Positions 60,100 through 64,000 of a stretch of 64,000 bases of DNA are shown here, in pieces. This DNA is from Minisyncoccota bacterium (GTDB lineage Bacteria; Patescibacteriota; Minisyncoccia; Phycocordibacterales; UBA6899). The stretch lies in assembly GCA_035583355.1 (NCBI GenBank), contig DATEZQ010000003.1, positions 193,844-257,843 of the forward strand, given 5' to 3'. Position 1 is the first letter of the stretch. Each line of letters begins with the position of its first letter. The notes beneath the pieces are model-generated. The model worked only from the letters and a program-made list of their open reading frames with translations, was not told the origin of the DNA and made no database searches. The position numbers were made by a program, and so were the translations under genes.

Positions 60100-60127
60100 T
60101 TGACTTTTGGCGAATATCGGGTAGTAT
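60100..60127 (+). promoter_or_regulatory. sigma70-like promoter and ~180 nt leader of rplJL
   Basis: TTGACT, 16 nt spacer, TAGTAT. The leader (60128-60309) is at the position of the L10(L12)4 autoregulatory leader. Confidence 0.4.
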
Positions 60128-60309
60128 TTGACTCAACGCTGAAGACAGCAGGTGTTCCGACAAAGGAACTTAATCTCCTGCCGAAGTACCAACTCTACCC
60201 ACTTTTTTGGGCGGTTGATCTTCTCGTTAAGGTCGATCTTTTTATTTAGCAGAACTTTCCGTTAGCACCAGCGACGCAGCAAAGTTCTTGCTAAATTAAC
60301 ATAATTTAC

Positions 60310-60798
60310 ATGGCAATCACAAAGCAGAAGAAGACAGAGATCACAGAGAAGATTTCTCTTGGTCTCTCAACCGCTACCGGTGCAGCATTTGTTTCAGCTC
60401 GCGGAATCACCGCAAATGAAATGAATACACTCCGCCGTGAGCTCCGCGAGAAAGGAGTCAAGTATACCGTTGCAAAGAAGTCGCTTATGAAGCGTGCTTT
60501 CGTTGCGCAGGGTATCACAGGTACTCTTCCAGAGCTCCCAGGTGAAGTTGCAATCGCATGGTCTACCGACCCTGTCGCAGCATCAAAGGGTGTCTATGCA
60601 TTCGTAAAGGCAAACAAGGACAAGATGCAGCTCGTTGGAGGAATCTACGAGGGCGCATTCATGTCAAAGGCCGAGATCACGGAACTCGCATCTATTCCTT
60701 CATACAAGGAACTCCAGGGCAAGTTCGCAGGTGTACTCAGCGCCGTTGTTACACAATTCGTACGAGTTGTGGACGCAAAGGCAAAGAAGGGCGAATAA
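60310..60798 (+). CDS. rplJ: 50S ribosomal protein L10
   Basis: MAITKQKKTEITEKISLGLSTATGAAFVSARGITANEMNTLRRELREKGVKYTVAKKSL…. Confidence 0.93.
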   Translation: MAITKQKKTEITEKISLGLSTATGAAFVSARGITANEMNTLRRELREKGVKYTVAKKSLMKRAFVAQGITGTLPELPGEVAIAWSTDPVAASKGVYAFVKANKDKMQLVGGIYEGAFMSKAEITELASIPSYKELQGKFAGVLSAVVTQFVRVVDAKAKKGE

Positions 60799-60871
60799 TT
60801 CAATTTGGATTGGCACAATGCCTATCCGTTTGAACACAGTTTCTATTTAAAACAAATTAAATTTCAATAAC

Positions 60872-61264
60872 ATGGAAGAGAAGTCAACAGTTGAGGTTCC
60901 TGCAAAGTTTGCAGCAATCGTCACCGCAGTTGAGAAGCTTACGCTTCTCGAACTCAACGAGCTCGTAAAGCTCCTCGAGACAAAGTGGGAGGTATCAGCA
61001 GCCGCAACAGCAGTTGCTGGCCCAGCAGTAGCAGCAGCAGCGGGCGAGGAGAAGACATCATTTGATGTTGAGCTCGCAGCAGCAGGTGCAACACCAGTTC
61101 AGGTCATCAAGGCAATCAAGGAGGTTCTCGGTCTCGGACTCAAGGAGGCAAAGGATATCGTTGACGCAGCACCAGCACTCGTTAAGGCCGGCCTCAAGAA
61201 GGAGGAGGCAGATGCGCTCAAGGCTAAGATTGAGGCAGCAGGTGGATCGGTTACACTTAAGTAA
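60872..61264 (+). CDS. rplL: 50S ribosomal protein L7/L12
   Basis: …[22 protein letters not shown]…[62 protein letters not shown]. Confidence 0.93.
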   Translation: MEEKSTVEVPAKFAAIVTAVEKLTLLELNELVKLLETKWEVSAAATAVAGPAVAAAAGEEKTSFDVELAAAGATPVQVIKAIKEVLGLGLKEAKDIVDAAPALVKAGLKKEEADALKAKIEAAGGSVTLK

Positions 61265-61315
61265 TTTACCTAAACAAAAAAGACCCTTTGGTCTTTTTTG
61301 TTTAGGTAAATTACT
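61261..61315. terminator. bidirectional terminator, ~25 bp perfect palindrome
   Basis: gtaatttacctaaacaaaaaagacc-cttt-ggtcttttttgtttaggtaaattac between rplL and the convergent HAD gene. Confidence 0.7.
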
Positions 61316-61348
61316 TGAGTTCACCTGCATGGTAATGGCACTGGCCTT

Positions 61349-61909
61349 TTAGTTGCCGCTGGTTTCGAGAGGAATGTTGCGGAGGAGTTGGTCGAGTGAG
61401 GTGATGATGGTGCTCTTTGTGTCGCGGAGCGCGTCTGCTTCGTGTTGAGGGCGCAAGGGTGCGCGCTCGATGCGAAAGGTGATGAGACGTGGGTTGCGCT
61501 CCTGTGCATCAATGAGTACTATTGGGACGTCGTCGATGAAATAGTGCATATCTTCGCCGCTGTCATACTTTGTGAGCCACTCTGCTATCGCTTCTCCCTT
61601 GAGTCCAGGTACGATTATTGTGTCATTGAGATAGTGCGCAATTCCTGAGCCATGGATTTTGATTTCCTGTGCCGTGGGGTTCTCTGCGGTCGTCATGAGT
61701 ACGATGCGATAGCCATTACTGCGCAGCGTGTCGAGTGTAGGTTTAACGTCCGGGAATACCAGTGTATGGAGATTGTGTACTTCATGCTCGAGGATTGAGA
61801 TAAATGAGGCCGTGCCCATTTGTTCACTGGGCTCATATTTTTGCATGAGTGTAATGAGACCATTGGTGTCAAAAAGCGTGCGGTCAAAGTCGAGAAATAC
61901 CGTATTCAT
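61349..61909 (-). CDS. HAD-superfamily hydrolase
   Basis: MNTVFLDFDRTLFDT (DxDxT motif I). Confidence 0.6.
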   Translation of the reverse strand: MNTVFLDFDRTLFDTNGLITLMQKYEPSEQMGTASFISILEHEVHNLHTLVFPDVKPTLDTLRSNGYRIVLMTTAENPTAQEIKIHGSGIAHYLNDTIIVPGLKGEAIAEWLTKYDSGEDMHYFIDDVPIVLIDAQERNPRLITFRIERAPLRPQHEADALRDTKSTIITSLDQLLRNIPLETSGN

Positions 61910-62034
61910 GGGTAAATTATCTCATGCTCGAAGCATTTGTAAATGATGATTGTTCTCTGGGCGGTCTAGCTGAGAGACATATTCTTACATGCTCTACTCT
62001 ATTCTCTGTACTCTAATTATGGTATAACTTCCTT

Positions 62035-63489
62035 ATGTCAGACGAAAAAGCAGTCTATATTACAACGACCCTCCCTTATGTGAATGCGGCGCCGCATGTT
62101 GGTTTCGCTATGGAGATCATCCGTGCCGATAGCCTCGCACGCTACTATCGTTCACTCGGTAAGCAGGTCTTTTTGAATACCGGTACTGATGAGCATGGTG
62201 CAAAGATTCATGAGGCCGCAATGGCAGAGGGCGTCTCCCCTCAGGAATATACCGATAAACTTGCGGTACGTTTCAAGGACCTTGCCCCTGCACTCAATCT
62301 CCAAATCGATAGTTTCATCCGTACAACCGATGTACATCATGTAGCTGCTGCACAGGAATTTTGGAAGATCTGCGAAAAGAAAGGAGACATCTACAAGAAG
62401 CAGTACTCCGTGAAGTATTGTGTCGGCTGTGAGCTCGAGAAGACCGACTCCGAACTCGTTGATGGTCGCTGTGCAATTCACCCGAACCGTGAGATAGAAT
62501 TACGCGACGAGGAAAACTACTTCTTCAAATTCTCGAACTATGAGAAGCCACTCCTTGCATTCTACGAAGCGCATCCAGACTTTGTGATCCCCGATTTCCG
62601 TTTCAATGAGATGCGTGCTTTCGTCTCTGGCGGTCTGCAGGACTTTTCGATCTCCCGTCTCGCTACGAAGATGCCATGGGGTGTCCCAGTTCCCGGCGAT
62701 GAGGAACATGTGATGTACGTGTGGTTCGATGCGCTGGTGAACTATGTGTCCGCAATCGGTTGGCCAACGGACATGAAGAAGTTTGAGAGCCTATGGCCAG
62801 TCATTCAATACTGTGGAAAGGATAATAACCGCCAACAGTCGGCAATGTGGCAGGCAATGCTGATGAGTGCAGGACTCCCGAACTCCAAGCACATTATCAT
62901 CAATGGCTTCATTGTTTCGGGTGGTCAAAAGATGAGCAAGTCTCTTGGTAATGTCATCAGTCCGTTCGACGTTATCGAGCACTTCAAGCCGCTCACGCCG
63001 TTCCCTGAGGATGTCCTTCGTTTCGTATTGCTCCACGACATTCCATCATTTGAGGATGGTGATATGACGATGGAGTCGATTGCAATCTCATATGCTTCAA
63101 ATCTTCAGAATGGTATCGGTAATCTCACGAACCGAATTATGAAGATGGCCACGACCTATGGTGTTGCCGCAACATTTGAAGAGCTTGATGGTGCATCGGC
63201 GACACCAGAACTCTCGATACAGATGGACGGTTTTGATCTCCAGAAGGGGATAGGGTCAGTCGTCGAACGCATGCGCGAGCTCGATCGCACGATTCAGTCG
63301 ACGGAGCCATTCAAGAAGATCAAGGTGGATCCAGAGGCGGCAAAGCGCGATGTGCATGCAATGCTCATTGAGCTCTATGCAATCGGCCGCGATCTTGCAA
63401 TCTTCCTCCCTCGTACGGGTAGCGCAGTCATGGATTTCGCGAAGGAAAATAAAATGCCTGAAACGCCACTCTTTGCTCGTGCTGGTTAG
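62035..63489 (+). CDS. metG: methionyl-tRNA synthetase (short form)
   Basis: …YITTTLPYVNAAPHVGFAMEII… (HIGH-region equivalent), zinc knuckle CVGCE...C, KMSKSLGN. 484 aa, no C-terminal appended domain. Confidence 0.88.
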   Translation: MSDEKAVYITTTLPYVNAAPHVGFAMEIIRADSLARYYRSLGKQVFLNTGTDEHGAKIHEAAMAEGVSPQEYTDKLAVRFKDLAPALNLQIDSFIRTTDVHHVAAAQEFWKICEKKGDIYKKQYSVKYCVGCELEKTDSELVDGRCAIHPNREIELRDEENYFFKFSNYEKPLLAFYEAHPDFVIPDFRFNEMRAFVSGGLQDFSISRLATKMPWGVPVPGDEEHVMYVWFDALVNYVSAIGWPTDMKKFESLWPVIQYCGKDNNRQQSAMWQAMLMSAGLPNSKHIIINGFIVSGGQKMSKSLGNVISPFDVIEHFKPLTPFPEDVLRFVLLHDIPSFEDGDMTMESIAISYASNLQNGIGNLTNRIMKMATTYGVAATFEELDGASATPELSIQMDGFDLQKGIGSVVERMRELDRTIQSTEPFKKIKVDPEAAKRDVHAMLIELYAIGRDLAIFLPRTGSAVMDFAKENKMPETPLFARAG

Positions 63490-63551
63490 TAAAAACACAC
63501 ACAGGTGTGTTTTTTCGTATGAAAAACCTGTGCGTGAGCACAGGTGAGCAG

Positions 63552-63923
63552 TTAGCGAGTAGGTTTGTAGTAAATTTTCTTACAAGTCGTACAGAAGAGG
63601 CCGTTGAAGGACTTTCCTCGCAGAAGAACTATATCGCATTGTGGGCAATATGGTCTTGGAAGTGTTGCAGACTCAATGTCGGGACGTTCACCACACACTT
63701 CACAGGTTCCATTTTCCAGAAGCCTTCCTTCACAGGTTGGGATCGCATGATGGAGCACGAACACTGCGGGCTCCATGTGATGACAAATATGCAGGTGGTC
63801 ATTCATGGATCCGTGGCGAATATGTTCATTGCAGAATAAGCACTGACCGGCGCAGCAGGGTGCGCAGTGTCTCACGTGCGGATTGCGATGGCAGTCACAG
63901 TTGCATCGATGCATGCATCCCAT
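63552..63923 (-). CDS. Cys/His-rich putative metal-binding protein
   Basis: MGCMHRCNCDCHRNPHVRHCAPCCAGQCLFCNEH...CEVCGERP...CPQCD...CTTCKK. Start uncertain (63923-63962). Confidence 0.4.
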   Translation of the reverse strand: MGCMHRCNCDCHRNPHVRHCAPCCAGQCLFCNEHIRHGSMNDHLHICHHMEPAVFVLHHAIPTCEGRLLENGTCEVCGERPDIESATLPRPYCPQCDIVLLRGKSFNGLFCTTCKKIYYKPTR

Positions 63924-64000
63924 GGCATCTCCTTTGTTCGTCAGGTATCTGTATATATACAAACATATTTGAGCGATAATGCAAAGTAGTCGCTCTATCG

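Overview
This 64 kb window is dominated by the bacterial translation-apparatus superoperon, but the usually contiguous str-S10-spc arrangement is broken into at least five separately promoted blocks with accessory DNA between them. The blocks are: fusA alone; tuf-rpsJ-rplCDWB; rpsS-rplV-rpsC-rplP-rpmC-rpsQ-rplNXE; rpsNH-rplFR-rpsE-rplO-secY; and rplJL. Also present are map, an inverted adk, queA, metG and an unlinked 23S-5S rRNA unit with tandem promoters and no 16S. Several features fit a reduced, CPR-like bacterium (inference only): no L30 gene, a Z-type S14, low-complexity extensions on S5/S3/S19/L22/L5, seven type IV pilin-like genes scattered through the ribosomal cluster, an unlinked 23S-5S unit and no canonical tRNA. 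The main ORFs are full length without TGA recoding, so the standard code appears to be used. The accessory segments carry a HEPN-motif protein divergent from an Smr-domain protein, a large pilin fused to FG-GAP propeller repeats, tandem secreted paralogues, three tandem helical paralogues, a CapA-family protein and His- and Cys-rich proteins. Two short, structured RNA candidates have tRNA/tmRNA-like 3' ends (acceptor plus T-arm GGTTCAACTCC) and their own terminators; one begins GGGGCTG with a G3:U70 pair and an encoded CCA. A family of structured intergenic repeats sits immediately downstream of fusA, tuf, rplB, secY and 5S, and one of its hairpins shows a compensatory base change between copies. 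Without tools, all product assignments rest on recognised motifs and family signatures, not on searches.
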